Source of the DNA: Mobula hypostoma
Lineage: Eukaryota
Length of the DNA stretch: 64,000 nt
Direction: 5' to 3'
Assembly: GCF_963921235.1 (NCBI RefSeq)
Contig: NC_086097.1
Span: forward strand, 168,456,001-168,520,000
Part shown: positions 13,820-26,644 of the stretch, piece by piece
Numbering within the stretch: position 1 is the first letter of the stretch
How the letters are laid out: every line of letters starts with the position of its first letter
Program-made: the position numbers and the translations under genes
Notes under the pieces: model-generated
The model's input: the letters and a program-made list of their open reading frames with translations, nothing else
What the model was told of the DNA's origin: nothing
Databases searched by the model: none

Positions 13820-14685
13820 GACCACGACACATAGGAGCAGAGTTAGGCCATTTGTCCTGTCGAGTCTGCTCCGCCATTCAGACATGGCTGAACCACCATT
13901 CCCCTCCTCAGCCCCACTCCCTGGCCTTCTTCCCGTAACCTTTGATGCCAAGTCCAATCAAGAACCTATCAAGCTCTGTCTTAGATACACCCAACAAGCT
14001 GGGCTCCACGGCTGCCTGTGGTAATAAATTCTGCAAATTAACCACCCTCTGGCTAAAGAAATTTCCCTGCATCTCTGTTTTAAATGGACACCTCTCTACC
14101 CTGAGGCTGTGCTCTCTTGTCCTGGACATCCTTTCCACGTCTATTCTGTCTAGGCCTTTCAACATTCAAAAGTTTTCAATGAAATTCCACCCCCACCCCC
14201 CAATCCTCCTAAATTCCAGCGAGTGCAGACCCAGAGCTATTAAACATTCCTTGTATGATAACCCTTTCATTCCCAGATTCATCCTTGTGAACCTCCTCTG
14301 AACCCTCTCCAATGCCAACACATCTTTTCTTAGATGAAGAGCCCAAAACTATTCACAATACTCAAGATGACACCTCACTAGTGCTTTATAAAGCCTCAGC
14401 ATCACATCCTTGCTCTTGTATACTAGACCTCTTGAAATCAATGGGACCATTGCATTTGCCTTCCTCACCATAGACTCAACCTGCAAGTTAACCTGTAGGG
14501 TGTTCTGCACAAGGACTCCTAAGTCCTTTTGCATCTCAGATTTTTGAATTTTCTCCTCACTTAGAAAATAGTCCGCACTTTTATTTCTTCTACCAAAGTG
14601 CATGACCATGCATTTTCCAACATTATATTTCATTTGCCACTTTCTTGCCCATTCTCCTAATCTGTCTAAGTCCTTCTGCATCCTA
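13820..14685 (-). mobile_element. CR1 LINE, 3' portion (host of a Penelope insertion)
   Basis: QKDLDRLGEWARKWQMKYNVGKC and FFSQRVVNLQNLLP. Confidence 0.9.
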
Positions 14686-17215
14686 GCAACACACATCAAA
14701 GTTGCTGATGAACGCAGCATTCCAGGCAGCATCTCTAGGAAGAGGTACAGTCGACGTTACAGGCTGAGACCCTTTGTCAGGACTAACTGAAGGAAGAGCT
14801 AGTAAGAGATTTGAAAGTGGGAGGGGGAGGGGAGATCCAAAATGACAGGAGAAGACAGGAGGGGGAGGGATGGAGCCAAGAGCTGGACAGGTGATTGGCA
14901 AAAGGGATATGAGAGGATCATGGGACAGGAGGTCCGGGAAGAAAGACAAGGAGGTGGGGGGGGGGGACCCAGAGGATGGGCAAGGGGTATAGTCAGAGGG
15001 ACAGAGGGAGAAAAAGGAGAGAGAGAGAAAGAATGTGTGTATATAAATAAATAACAGATGGGGTATGAGGGGGAGGTGGGGCATTAGCGGAAGTTAGAGA
15101 AGTCAATGTTCAAGCCATCAGGTTGGAGGCTACCCAGACAGAATATAAGGTGTTGTTCCTCCAACCTGAGTGTAGCTTCATCTTTACAGTAGAGGAGGCC
15201 GTGGATAGACATGTCAGAATGGGAATGGGACGTGGAATTAAAATGTGTGGCCACTGGGAGATCCTGCTTTCTCTGGCGGACAGAGCGTAGGTGTTCAGCA
15301 AAGCGGTCTCCCAATCTGCGTCAGGTCTCGCCAATATATAGAAGGCCACATCGGGAGCACCGGACACAGTATATCACCCCAGCCGACTCACAGGTGAAGT
15401 GTCGCCTCACCTGGAAGGACTGTCTGGGGCCCTGAATGGTGGTAAGGGAGGAAGTGTAAGGGCATGTGTAGCACTTGTTCCGCTTACACGGATAAGTGCC
15501 AGGAGGGAGATCAGTGGGGAGGGATGGGGGGGATGAATGGACAAGGGAGTCATGTTGGGAGCGATCCCTGCGGACAGCAGAAAGAGGGGGCGAGGGAAAG
15601 ATGTGCTTAGTGGTGGGATCCCGTTGGCGGTGACGGAATTTACGGAGAATAATATATTGGACCCGGAGGCTGGTGGGGTGGTAGGTGAGGACCAGGGGAA
15701 CCCTATTCCTAGTGGGGTGACGGGAAGGTGGAGTGAGAGCAGATGTGCATGAAATGGGGGAGATGCATTTGAGAGCAGAGTTGATGGTGGAGGAAGGGGA
15801 GCCCCTTTCTTTAAAAAAGGACATCTCCCTCGTCCTGGAATGAGAAGCCTCATCCTGAGAGCAGATGTGGTGGAGATGGAGGAATTGCGAGAAGGGGATG
15901 GCATTTTTGCAAGAGACAGGGTGAGAAGAGGAATAGTCCAGATAGCTGTGAGAGTCAGTAGGCTTATAGCAGACATCAGTAGATAAGCTGTCTCCAGAGA
16001 TAGAGACAGAACGATCTAGAAAGGGGAGGGAGGTGTCGGAAATGGACCAGGTAAAGTTGACGGCAGGGTGAAAGTTGGAGGCAAAGTTAATGAAGTCAAC
16101 GAGCTCAGCATGCGTGCAGGAAGCAGCGTCAATGCAGTCGTCGATGTAGCGAAGGAAAAGTGGGGGACAGATACCAGAATAGGCACGGAACATTGATTGT
16201 TCCACAAAGCCAACAAAAAGGCAGGCATAGCTGGGACCCATACAGGTGCCCATGGCTACACTTTTAGTTTGGAGGAAGTGGGAGGAACCAAAGGAGAAAT
16301 TATTAAGAGTAAGGACTAATTCCGCTAGATGGAGCAGAGTGGTGGTAGAGGGTAACTGATTAGGTCTGGAATCCAAAAAGAAGCGGAGAGCTTTGAGACC
16401 TTCCTGATGGGGGATGGAAGTATATAGGGACTGGACATCCATGGTAAAAATAAAGCGATGGGGGCCAGGGAACTTAAAATCATCGAAAAGTTTAAGGGCG
16501 TGCGAAGTGTCACCAACATAGGTAGGAAGGGATTGAACAAGGGGGGATAAAACCGTGTTGAGGTATGCAGAAACGAGTTCGGTGGGGCAGGAGCAAGCTG
16601 AGACAATAGGTCTGCCAGGACAGGCAGGTTTGTGGCTCTTGGGTAGGAGGTAGAAATGGGAAGTGCGTGGTGTGGGAACTATAAGGTTGGTAGCAGTGGA
16701 TGGGAGATCCCCTGAGCAGATAAATTGGGTGATGGTGTGGGAGACAATCGACTTCTCTAACTTCCGCTAATGCCCCACCTCCCCTCGTACCCCATCTGTT
16801 ATTTAGTTATATACACACATTCTTTCTCTCACTCTCCTTTTCTCCCTCTCCTTTTCTCCCTCTGTCCCTCTGACTATGCCCCTTGCCCATCCTCTGGGAT
16901 CCCCCCCCCCCCAGTTTCCTTCTCCCTGGGCCTCCTGTCCCATGATCCTCTCATATTCCTTTTGCCAATCACCTATCCAGCTCTTGGCTCCATCCCTCCC
17001 CCTCCTGTCTTCTCCTGTCATTTTGGATCTCCCCCTCCCCCTCCCACTTTCAAATCTCTTACTAGCTCTTCCTTCAGTTAGTCCTGACGAAGGGTCTCAG
17101 CCTGAAACGTGGACTGTACCTCTTCCTAGAGATGCTGCCTGGCCTGCTGTGTTCACCAGCAACTTTGATGTGTGTTGCTTGAATTTCCAGCATCTGCAGA
17201 ATTCCTCGTGTTTGC
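14686..17215 (-). mobile_element. Penelope-like retroelement (RT + GIY-YIG) with an inverted pseudo-LTR at 16749-17215
   Basis: 373-aa ORF 15321-16442 contains DVQSLYTSIP, AMGTCMGPSYACLF, RYIDD, PFLD and VIYCVRC...YIGET; frameshifted. Imperfect 16-bp target duplication at 14670-14685 and 17216-17231. Confidence 0.95.
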
Positions 17216-18345
17216 GTCCTTCCACATCCTACCTGTTTCCTCAACACTACCTGCCCCTCCACCAATCTTTGTATCATCTGCAAACTTGGCAACAAAACAA
17301 TCTATTCCATCATCTAAATCACTGATACACAGCACAAAAAGCAGTCCCAACACTGACTCCTGCCAAACTTCACTAATCACTGGCAGCATACCAGAAAAGG
17401 ATCTTTTTATTCCCACTTGCCACCTCCTACCAAATGGCTGATGCTCTAATCATGCCAGTAACTTTCCCGTAATAGTATGGGTTCTTAACATGGTAAGCAG
17501 CCTCATGTGTGGCACCTTGTCAAAGACCTTCTGAAAGTCCAAATTTATAATATCCACTACGTTCCCTTTATCTATCCTATTTGTAATCTCCTCAAAGAAT
17601 TCCAACAGGTTTGTCAGGCAAGATTTTCCCTGAAGTTTTTGCCTTTGTCCTGTCTTGTCCTGTGTCATCAAGTACACCATTACCTCATCCTTAACAATTG
17701 ACTCCAACATCTTCCCACTGGGGTCAGACTAACTGGTCTATAATTTCCTCTCTGCTGTCTTCTTCCTTTCTTAAAGAGTGGAGTGACATTTGCAATTTGC
17801 CAGAGTCCAATGATTTTTGAAAGATCATTAATAATGCCTCCACAATTTCTACACCACCTCTTTCAGACCCTAGGGTGCAGTTCATCTGGTCCAGGTGACT
17901 TATGTACCCTTAGGTCTTTCAGCTTTTTGATCACCTTCTCCCTTGTAATAGTAACTGCACTCACTTCTCTTCCCTCACACCCTTCAACACCTGGCACACT
18001 GCTGGTGTCTTCTACAGTGAAGACTGATGTAAAATACTCATTTAGTTCATCTGCCATCTTCTTGTCCCTAGTTATTATTTCTCTGGCCTCATTTTCTAGT
18101 GATGCTATATCTACTCTCATCTCTCTTTTATTTTTACACACTTGAAAAAAAGTGTTACTATTGTTTGCTAGCTTGCTTTCATATTTTTCCTTTCCCTCCT
18201 AATGATTCTTTTTATTGCTCTCTGTGGGATTTTAAAAGCTTCCCAATCACTTGTCTTCCCACAAATTTTTGCTTTGTTGTATGCCCTCACTTTTGTTTTT
18301 ATATTAGTTTTGACTTCCCTTGTCAGCCACGGTTGTGCTCTATTG
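17216..18345 (-). mobile_element. CR1 LINE, upstream portion of the element at 13820-14685
   Basis: VAKFADDTK, LDFQKVFDKVPH and KSPGPDELHPRV. Confidence 0.9.
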
Positions 18346-21300
18346 CCCCTGGGTGGGATGTCTAGACTCACTGTCTCAAAGTAAGGAATGGTCCATTAGA
18401 TATTCCTTAATGACAAAAAATTTCTTCATCCTGGAATTCTTAGCGACTCCAGCTCTGGATATTTCCTCAGGTTTTACTCCCGAAGTCTTCCCCGTGAATG
18501 GGTATAGCCACAAGGCAGTGGAGGTTTGAGATCAGAGTTTTTCCTCTCCTAGATGAGCTGCCAACCATAGTTGAGTCCCAAATACCTGGAGCAACTGGTT
18601 TTAAAGTGCCAGCAACCTGAAAGTCCTGAGGCTATGAAGATGAAAGGCTTTTATTCTCTATGATTTCGCCTGAACTGAATGTTGGCTAAGAAGTCTAACA
18701 AGAAGGACCATTCAAAGATTGGTACAGAGGTGGGACTGGTAGGAGTCACTTTAGGTTTGGAAGCATATTACTGCCTGCAGATTATCTCATGAAGTGTAAT
18801 ACAAGAACAAGCAGTGGTTAAGGGTGATAGTGATTTTGGTGATTGCTTCTTGCACCTGTTCTCTGTGTCCAATCTGAACCCAAGTAGAGTAATTCTGGTC
18901 AAGGCTCTTACAGCATCACAACTTTAAAGTGATTTTAAAAAAATATTGAGACTGAGTAAATGCCATAAATTAAATAATAAAAATACGAGCACCACAAATA
19001 TTACAACACAAGAATATAATAGAATCTACTGAAGATTATATGGTAGAAAATACCACAAAATATCAAGCAAAGTATGACAATTGCACTCAATGACATTGCA
19101 AAACTTCAACATTTAATTGTAACTGTAAATTTCTGCTCATGTATTCACCTCTATAACCATGTCTTTAATCACAACTCACTCAAAGGAAGTTCTCATTTAG
19201 ATGTGTTCACAATTATACTGCTTTGCACCTTTAAATATTACTCATATGTGCAGTAAGCTAAAACTATAGTTGATACCAAACTTAGCTCATTGATGAAGAG
19301 TCTTTTTCCAATGTGTGTAGGGATTCAATCTTATCTGTGGCTTTCTTTCAAAATTCAAAGATTACACAGAATCCAGGGTAGTCAGGGTAAATGGCCTATG
19401 ATTTCCTTTCTCCTGTCTCCCTCCCTTCTTAAAGAGTGGAGTGACATTTGCAATTTTCCAGTCCTCTGGACCGTGCAAAAATCTAATGACTCTGGATTTT
19501 GCTCTTATGGCTTATGGTGCAGGCAGTTAAGTTTAGATTAATTTGTCATCATGGTTGGGACAGATGTTGTGGGTGGAAGGACAATTTCCAACGAGTACTG
19601 TTCTATGTTCTGTAAGTTATAAGTGTTATTGATGAAGGAATAATTATAGGTAACAAGAAGCAAAGTTACAGGGGAGAAAGGCCATTACATGAGATGATAA
19701 GAGAGGCAAGTGAAGGCAGTCCTCTGGAGAATGCAGGGAGGTGTTGAGGGGATGGTGTGGCCATCTGTGGCACAGATGGTATCTGTGATACGAAAGCTGA
19801 AAAAGCTGAATTCCTGAGCAGGCTTGACAGTATCTGTAGAGAGAAAATCAGGAACTGTTTTTAGCCTAAGAATCTTTCATCGTGAGACATTAACTCTGTT
19901 CTTTCTCTACATGCTGTCCGAGTAACTGAGTATTTACTTTGTTTTCTGTTTTTGATTCAGATTTCCAGCTTTCCCTATAGCTTACTTTTGCATGTCATTT
20001 TTGGCTGTTCAAGTGTTGTGAAGGTGCAAAACCTTAGTTGTGAGAAAAAGGGCTTGGAATATTAAAGCAGGAAGATTTGATGGATTTTGGAGAAACAGGG
20101 AAGATTGGAAATTTAGTTAAAATTGCAGAATGGAATGTGAGTATTTTGAAAGAATGCATAGTACCCAAAGAGTGGCAACCTTTTAATTGTCAGCTCTAGA
20201 GTGATCAGCAAAAGGAGTTGTATGGTCAGAAATTGGGATAAGTCAACAGTGAATGATCTTGCACTGTTAAAGAATCCTTTACAGAAGAGGCTGTCAAGGC
20301 CACTGATTTTAGACAGAGTGAGATCCTTACTCATTTCCCATACAACCCTAATAAAAAAAACTCTTCCTAAAATTGAATTTGAGAGCTGTTACAACAATAT
20401 TACATTGAAATTACACCAGTGTGAATTTCCCAACAAGCAGCCAAAAATGAAGGATTAAAGTGGCCAGCAGGAACGGCTAAATGACAGATTGGGGTGAAAA
20501 TAAAGGAAAAAAGCAAAGGTGTAAGACATGCTGAAACATGTCTTACGTTGATAAAGGTATTTTATTAATTTTGAAATGGTTACTTCTTCTAGTCCTGTGC
20601 AGAAATTTCTTTCAAGTACAATTAAAAATGTTCTCTTAATCTCTGATTAAATCAATATATTTTTCTGGGTTAATCCCATATTGATTGCAACAAGTTTCTA
20701 CATTGAACTCATCATTATTTCCAGCTTGAGCTAATTTAGTTTCTATTTAATTTTACAAAACACTTGTTTAAGTTTCCTTCCCCTGAATGATATCACCCTG
20801 TTCTTGCTGACTGGGCTGACCATCTGCAGAATGAAACCTTGTTTCCCCATCTTATTCACTAGCTTGGAAAATACGATTATTTTTCTGTAGTGACAATTAA
20901 TATGAATAATTACAGTTGCTGTAATTGAGAAATAATTGGGAGTTGTTTTGGACTCTGGTTTCTGTAATTTCTCTGAGATATTTATCAAAAGTATGTGGTG
21001 GAAAAATTCAGATATTTTGTTGTTTCTGATGTCTGATCTTCAACCACATCTTCCTGCACTATTCCCAAATCCCTTGAATTACTTAATATCTGCGTTTTGT
21101 TTTGAAATAACTCAATAATAAGCCTCTCGGGGTAGATAATTCCAAAGACTGACCACCTTTCTCCTCATTTCTAATCATAGCATCCATGATCTGGTTATAG
21201 GAGATACAAGAGACTACAGATATGAACATGGAGGAAAACCAAACTGCCGAAAGAACTTAATAAGTATTATCTGGTTCCACAAATCACCTTCCAGTCTTTG

Positions 21301-22854
21301 CCTTTACCTTACTCCCTCCACCCATTTGCCTCAGTATTTTTCCCCTCATCTGATTCCACCCAACACCCACCAGCCTCTGTATCTAAATTGCTCCATTCCC
21401 ATCTGGTTCCAACTGCCCATCATTCATCTGTTATTTGGTTCCACCCATCAACTAGCTCCCTCTCACTTCTCTGCACTAGCTGTCTTTTCCCTACACTATG
21501 CAGGGTCCTATCTTGAAATGTCAACCATCCCTTTGCTTTCACATATGCTGCCTGACCCACTGAGCTCCCCCAGTGGTGTTTAGCTACAGGATATGGAGGC
21601 ATATAGTTTAAGTGCATAATAAAAAATAGTTACTTAGAAGAAGTTATACAGCTGCAATTCTGATACTAGGGATCTGTTTTGAGTTTCACTTCCACTTTCA
21701 AAGAGATCTGCAGTGAAACTGACATTGCCAGTGAAGAAATATTTTTGCCCAGGATTACATTTGAAATAACAGAAATCAAGGTTCATTCCATCAGGTTTAG
21801 CAGGAGTGCCTTCTGTTTAGCATTGTGAGTGACGTTCTTGGGCTGCAGCTGTAGGAAGTTGCCCACGCACGTTATCAATCATAACAAGAGCTGAGCAATT
21901 ACAACGGACCTTATCAATGATGCCTATATCTTAATAACAAATTTAAAAGCTCAAGAATATAATGATCTGTTGATTGTTGCTTGTTCTTTAGCTTTAGCTT
22001 GGTACATATTGGTTCAAGGACTGAATGGTCCTTTAACCTTACACACCAGTTCTATTTTGTACTTCTCTTTGCCCTCCTAGATATTTTGTAAGTATCCCCT
22101 ATTAACCTATTCTTTTTATTTGACTCTGTGATTTGTCGACCAATCTGCTCCACACTGCTGACTGCATGGATGTTTGTTAGACATTCCCCAGCAAAGTGGT
22201 TGGCCCCTTTTTATTTCTAAGATCTAGTTATGGTTGAAGCAATGTTTTATAAATGGTCATTATGACTTCCTTGCTGTTGTACCTTTTTGCTATTAGTGAT
22301 ATTATCCAAAATCCAATATTACTCACCTTTTCAACCTGACCTTCCACTGTCAATGAGCTATGTTATGTATACAATTCAACCAACCTCTCTGTCTGTATCA
22401 GATATTTTATAGCTACCTTATACCTTTCTTTCAGATTTACCCTCTTATTTATAATGCCCTTCCAATTCTTCCTTCCAAAATATAAGATTTCTCAGCCTTA
22501 AATTTCACCTGTCATTTGTCCATGCATTTCATTAAAGTGCCAATATCTCCTTCAACTCTTTTACTGTCCTCACCACAATTCATCAGGGTCTCAGGTCTTT
22601 AATTCATCTATAAATTTGAAAAAAATTCAAATTCAAGTCCTTAATTTCTATTAAGAAATTATCTTAGTGCTGACCACTGAAGGACTTCAGCCCTGCAGTT
22701 GGATAAAACAACAATTCACCACAAATCACTGCCTTCTGTTACGAAAGAGAATGTTCTATTCATTCTGTTATAACCCCGATGAACATTATGGACCTGCTCT
22801 GTTGGCACCAGAATGTGTGGTGACTCTTGCAGGGTGCCTCCAGCACATCCTTAG

Positions 22855-24312
22855 GTTAGAGTTATAGGGAAGTACAGCACAGAAACAGGCCATTTGGTGC
22901 ATCCAGGCCACACCGAAACATTTCAACTGCCCACTCCCATCAACTTGCACCTAGACCATAGCCCTCCATACCCCTGCCATCTATGTACAGATCCAAACTT
23001 CTCTTAAACATTGAAACTGACCTTGCATGCACCACTTGCACTGGCAGCTCGTTCCACACTCTCACGACCCTCTGAGTGAAGAAGTTTACCCTCATGTTCC
23101 ACTTAAAGCTTTCACCTTTCACCCTGAACCCATGATCTCTAGTTGTAGACCCACCCAACCTCAGTGGAAAAACCCTGCTTGCATTTACCCTATCTATAGC
23201 CCTCATAATTTTGTGCACCTCTATCAAATCTCCCCTCAGTCTTCTACATTCCAAGGAATAAAGTCCTAATCAGTTTGGTCTTTCCAGATAAAGTCAAGTC
23301 CTCCAGTCCTGGCAACATCCTTGTAAATTTTATCTATATACTCTTTCAACTTTATATACATCTTTCCTGCAGGTAGGCAGACATCCCACCCTGCAAAAAC
23401 TCATTTCAGGGAGGTAGCACCATCAATTTGCAGGAGACTCCCGGGAGAGATGGGATGTCTGCAATAGAGTAGCTCCTTAGCAGCTAGCCAGCTAGTTTAA
23501 ATAACGTTAGCTATGCTAATGAACAAATGACAGCTGTTAAACTCACCTCAACACGTCTTTTACAGTCTTAACCCACCATGGGCAATAGAAAAGTCACTGT
23601 TGCAAACAGTGCAGCGAGCAACACTGTCATTATTTTGACCCCTATTAGGCAGGGGTACACTTTAGTGTAGTCTGGGGTGACGTACGTTTTATATATTTTT
23701 TGGAACACTCTGCCATGGCGCACTCTCTCTTTCTCTCGTGGTCGCTCTCGTGCTCTCGCTTTCTCACTCGCTTGCTTGCTTTCACTCTCTCTCGCACGCG
23801 CTCTCTCTTGCTTTCTCTCGCTCGCTCTCAAAAAAATTGATTTCCTTGATATTGTATATAATTTGCGGGCATCAGGGAGCCAACTATTAATATGCGGAAG
23901 ACTCCCGGAACTTCCGGGAGAAGTGGGATGTCTGAGGTAGGTGACCAAATCTGCACACAATACTCCAAATTAGGCCTCACCAACATGATATACAACTTCA
24001 ACATAACATTCCATCTCCTGTACTCAATATGTTGATTTACGAAGGCCAATGCATTGATTTATGAAGACCTTTCTTCATGGCCCTATCTACCTATGACACC
24101 ATTTTCAATGAAATATGGATCTGTATTCCCAGATCCCTTCGTTTCACCGCACTACTCAGTACCCTACCGTTCACTGTGTATGAACCATCCTGGTTGGTCC
24201 TACTGAAGTGCAGCACCTTCTGAAACATTTTTCCAACTGGTTCAGATCCCACTGCAAGCTCTGATAGTCTTCCTCGCTGTCCACTACACCCACAATCTTG
24301 GTGTTATCCAAA
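22855..24312 (-). mobile_element. CR1 LINE 3' part, interrupted by a MITE
   Basis: RRLRGDLIEVHKIM, FFTQRVVRVWNELP and VRPNLEYCVQIWSP. Confidence 0.9.
23378..23934. mobile_element. Non-autonomous DNA transposon (MITE, hAT-like)
   Basis: TIRs CAGACATCCCAC (23378-23389) and GTGGGATGTCTG (23923-23934). Direct repeat AGGTAGG on both sides (23371-23377, 23935-23941). Internal CT/CG-rich simple repeat. Confidence 0.8.
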
Positions 24313-25086
24313 TTTTCTCACTCAAGCATCGAAGAGCTAAAGCCTCAAAGAACCATTCTAACACTGTCCACTCCAACAAAGGCTGCTCCACTTGCCCCTA
24401 CTTTAATTTTATTTGTTCTTGCCAATCAATCTTGATTGCTGACTGGCTGCTGCTGTGTTGATTGTTAACACAAGTGACACATTTCACTGCAAGTTCCAAT
24501 TTGCACATGATAAATAAATGAATCTGAATCTAAACACCCTTTATGTCACACCTTCAGTTTTGCTGTTGTGAGATTTTGCCCTGTTGATATTTGCTACAAT
24601 GATACCATAGGTCCAGGCTAGGACTGTATAGTCATCAAAGATCTCACCGTTAAAGGAGTGGACGTCGTCATCGGATTTTGATGGACAACTGAAGAGAAGA
24701 GATACCACAGGCACTTTAAGGCTTTAAAATAATTTCATGGGTTAAAACATCTGAGAATGATGGAATGGTGCAACTTTCCCAGGCTGCCCAAAGCACGTGT
24801 ATGTCCTTCCTCACCAAAAAGCTGACTGTTCCTTTAAATCGTATGAGCAAGATGTGTGGTCAAAATACTAAACAAAAATATCACTGCCAAATTGTTTTAT
24901 CAGAGCTACAAATGTAAATGTAAGTGATGTTTCTTTTTAAAGCAAAGCCAAATGAACCCCACTCCAAGTGAATGAGGGTGAAAATCTTTTACTGAAGTGT
25001 ACCAAAGCAGTCAGCCAAGCATGACTGGAGAGGAAGGAAACTCCTCTTCCTTTACAGATGGTGCTGTTTAATGCGCTGCGGAACTT

Positions 25087-25096
25087 GGAGATTCCC
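25087..25096 (-). promoter_or_regulatory. NF-kB consensus site upstream of the CARD/RHIM-like gene
   Basis: GGAGATTCCC on + is GGGAATCTCC on -, fitting GGGRNNYYCC. It lies about 120 bp before the ATG in a locally CpG-retaining stretch; a kB-like TGAACTTTCC is at about 25146-25155. Confidence 0.5.
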
Positions 25097-25218
25097 TTGC
25101 GAAATACGTGGGAGAGATAAACAACAAAGCGTGCTGGACAGGGGCTGAACTTTCCACACCACATGTGATTTAAGGGAGGAAGCAACAGAGCATTTTCACA
25201 GTAACACAACTTGGAAAA

Positions 25219-25315
25219 ATGAATCTGAGTGGGACGCCGAAGGCTTACAAAGCTGGACACCTAAAGCCTCAGATGTCCAGCACTGAAGTGTTATCAAGCA
25301 GGACAATAGAATTTG
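25219..25315 (+). CDS. CARD + tandem RHIM-like protein, coding exon 1
   Basis: First ATG (AAAATGA) after an in-frame TAA at 25171. Encodes MNLSGTPKAYKAGHLKPQMSSTEVLSSRTIEF, with donor G|GTAAG in phase 1, matching the next exon. Confidence 0.7.
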
Positions 25316-26644
25316 GTAAGAATTCACATTCTATTGTTACTTGTTAGATGTAGAGAGAGGGATCTTTGCTTCTGGCTTAAAGTTATTACACTAATTAATG
25401 CTCTCAACCAACTGGTAAGAAGATACTCCATAAAATAAAATAAGGAATCTCTGAAATAAAAACTTCCCCGGAGTATAGGAGGCTGAGGGGTGACGTTATC
25501 TAGGTGCTTAAATCCATGAGGAGCATGAATAGGGTTAGTGGTCACAATATTTTTCCCAGGGTAGGGGAGTTTAAAACTAGAGGGCACAATTGTCAATGTG
25601 AAAGGGAAAAAATTTAGAAGAGAACTGAAGGAAAGCTTCTTTAGATGGAGAGTGATGGTTATGTAGAATGAGCTGCCAGAGGAATTTGGAGAAGTGGGCA
25701 CAATTACAATGTTTAAAACAGAAACAAGAGGGAATCTGCAGATGCTGGAAATCTGAGCAACATACACAAAATGCTGGAGGAAGTCAGCAGGCCAGGCAGC
25801 ATCTGTGGAAAAAAAGTACAGTTGACGTTTCGGGCCCATCCTGCCAAAGGACACAGTAGACCAAGGGCTTCCATGCTGTATGTCTACGCCTCTGACTGGG
25901 ATATATACATGGGATTAAGTTAGTGCAGAAAGTAAAAGAAAGTTTTTTAAACAATAGAATTTTTCATATTATTCTGAAGGAGCAACACCTGCGCATACGA
26001 AGCACCCCACCCCCCAGGATGAGGAGATACTTCACCTACAGATCATTAAATTTTCATTTAACCTCTTTTATATGTGTTTAATTTTAAGTAGTTGTGAGAA
26101 CAATGTGTAAGAATTGATTTTTGTATAATCATTGAGCCAGCAAAGTTTTCAGCAGTGGAGGTCAGCTTTGACTGTATATTCCTATTTCTGCATCAGTGCA
26201 TGAATGGAGCTGCTAATGATTTCACAAAGTAACCCTGGAGTACTGATTAAAGAAATTAAGAATGGAATTTGGTTGAAAGAAGAGGCCTTTAAAATTACAA
26301 ATAGTGGTCAGCTATAGTCCAGTTTTGGTTGTCATGGGAGAAATGGGCCAAAGGTCCTCCATTAACGTTATGATTCATTTCATGGTGGCTTTCTAGACAT
26401 CCACAATTATTATTGCCTCACCAGTGACAGCTCTTCAGCTGTTGAGAACCATTTCTCTCCTTAGGTGCAAACTAACCTATTGAGTTCCTCCAGCACTTTA
26501 TATGTTGCTCCCTTCAGCTGCCGAGGCTCTAAGGTTCATACTATAAAACCCTCTTTGTCCTATCCTCTTAATTCTTCAGACTCTGCTTTGATCACTAATA
26601 TCTCATTATTTGGTTCAGTGTCCTTTTAGTTTTCCTCCTTACAG

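Noticed and set aside
15321..16442. 373-aa ORF as a host gene or active retroelement
   Set aside because: It is Penelope RT, 5'-truncated and frameshifted within the GIY-YIG domain.
23568..23960. 130-aa ORF with an R/E/A-rich segment
   Set aside because: It is a translation of the simple repeat inside the MITE.
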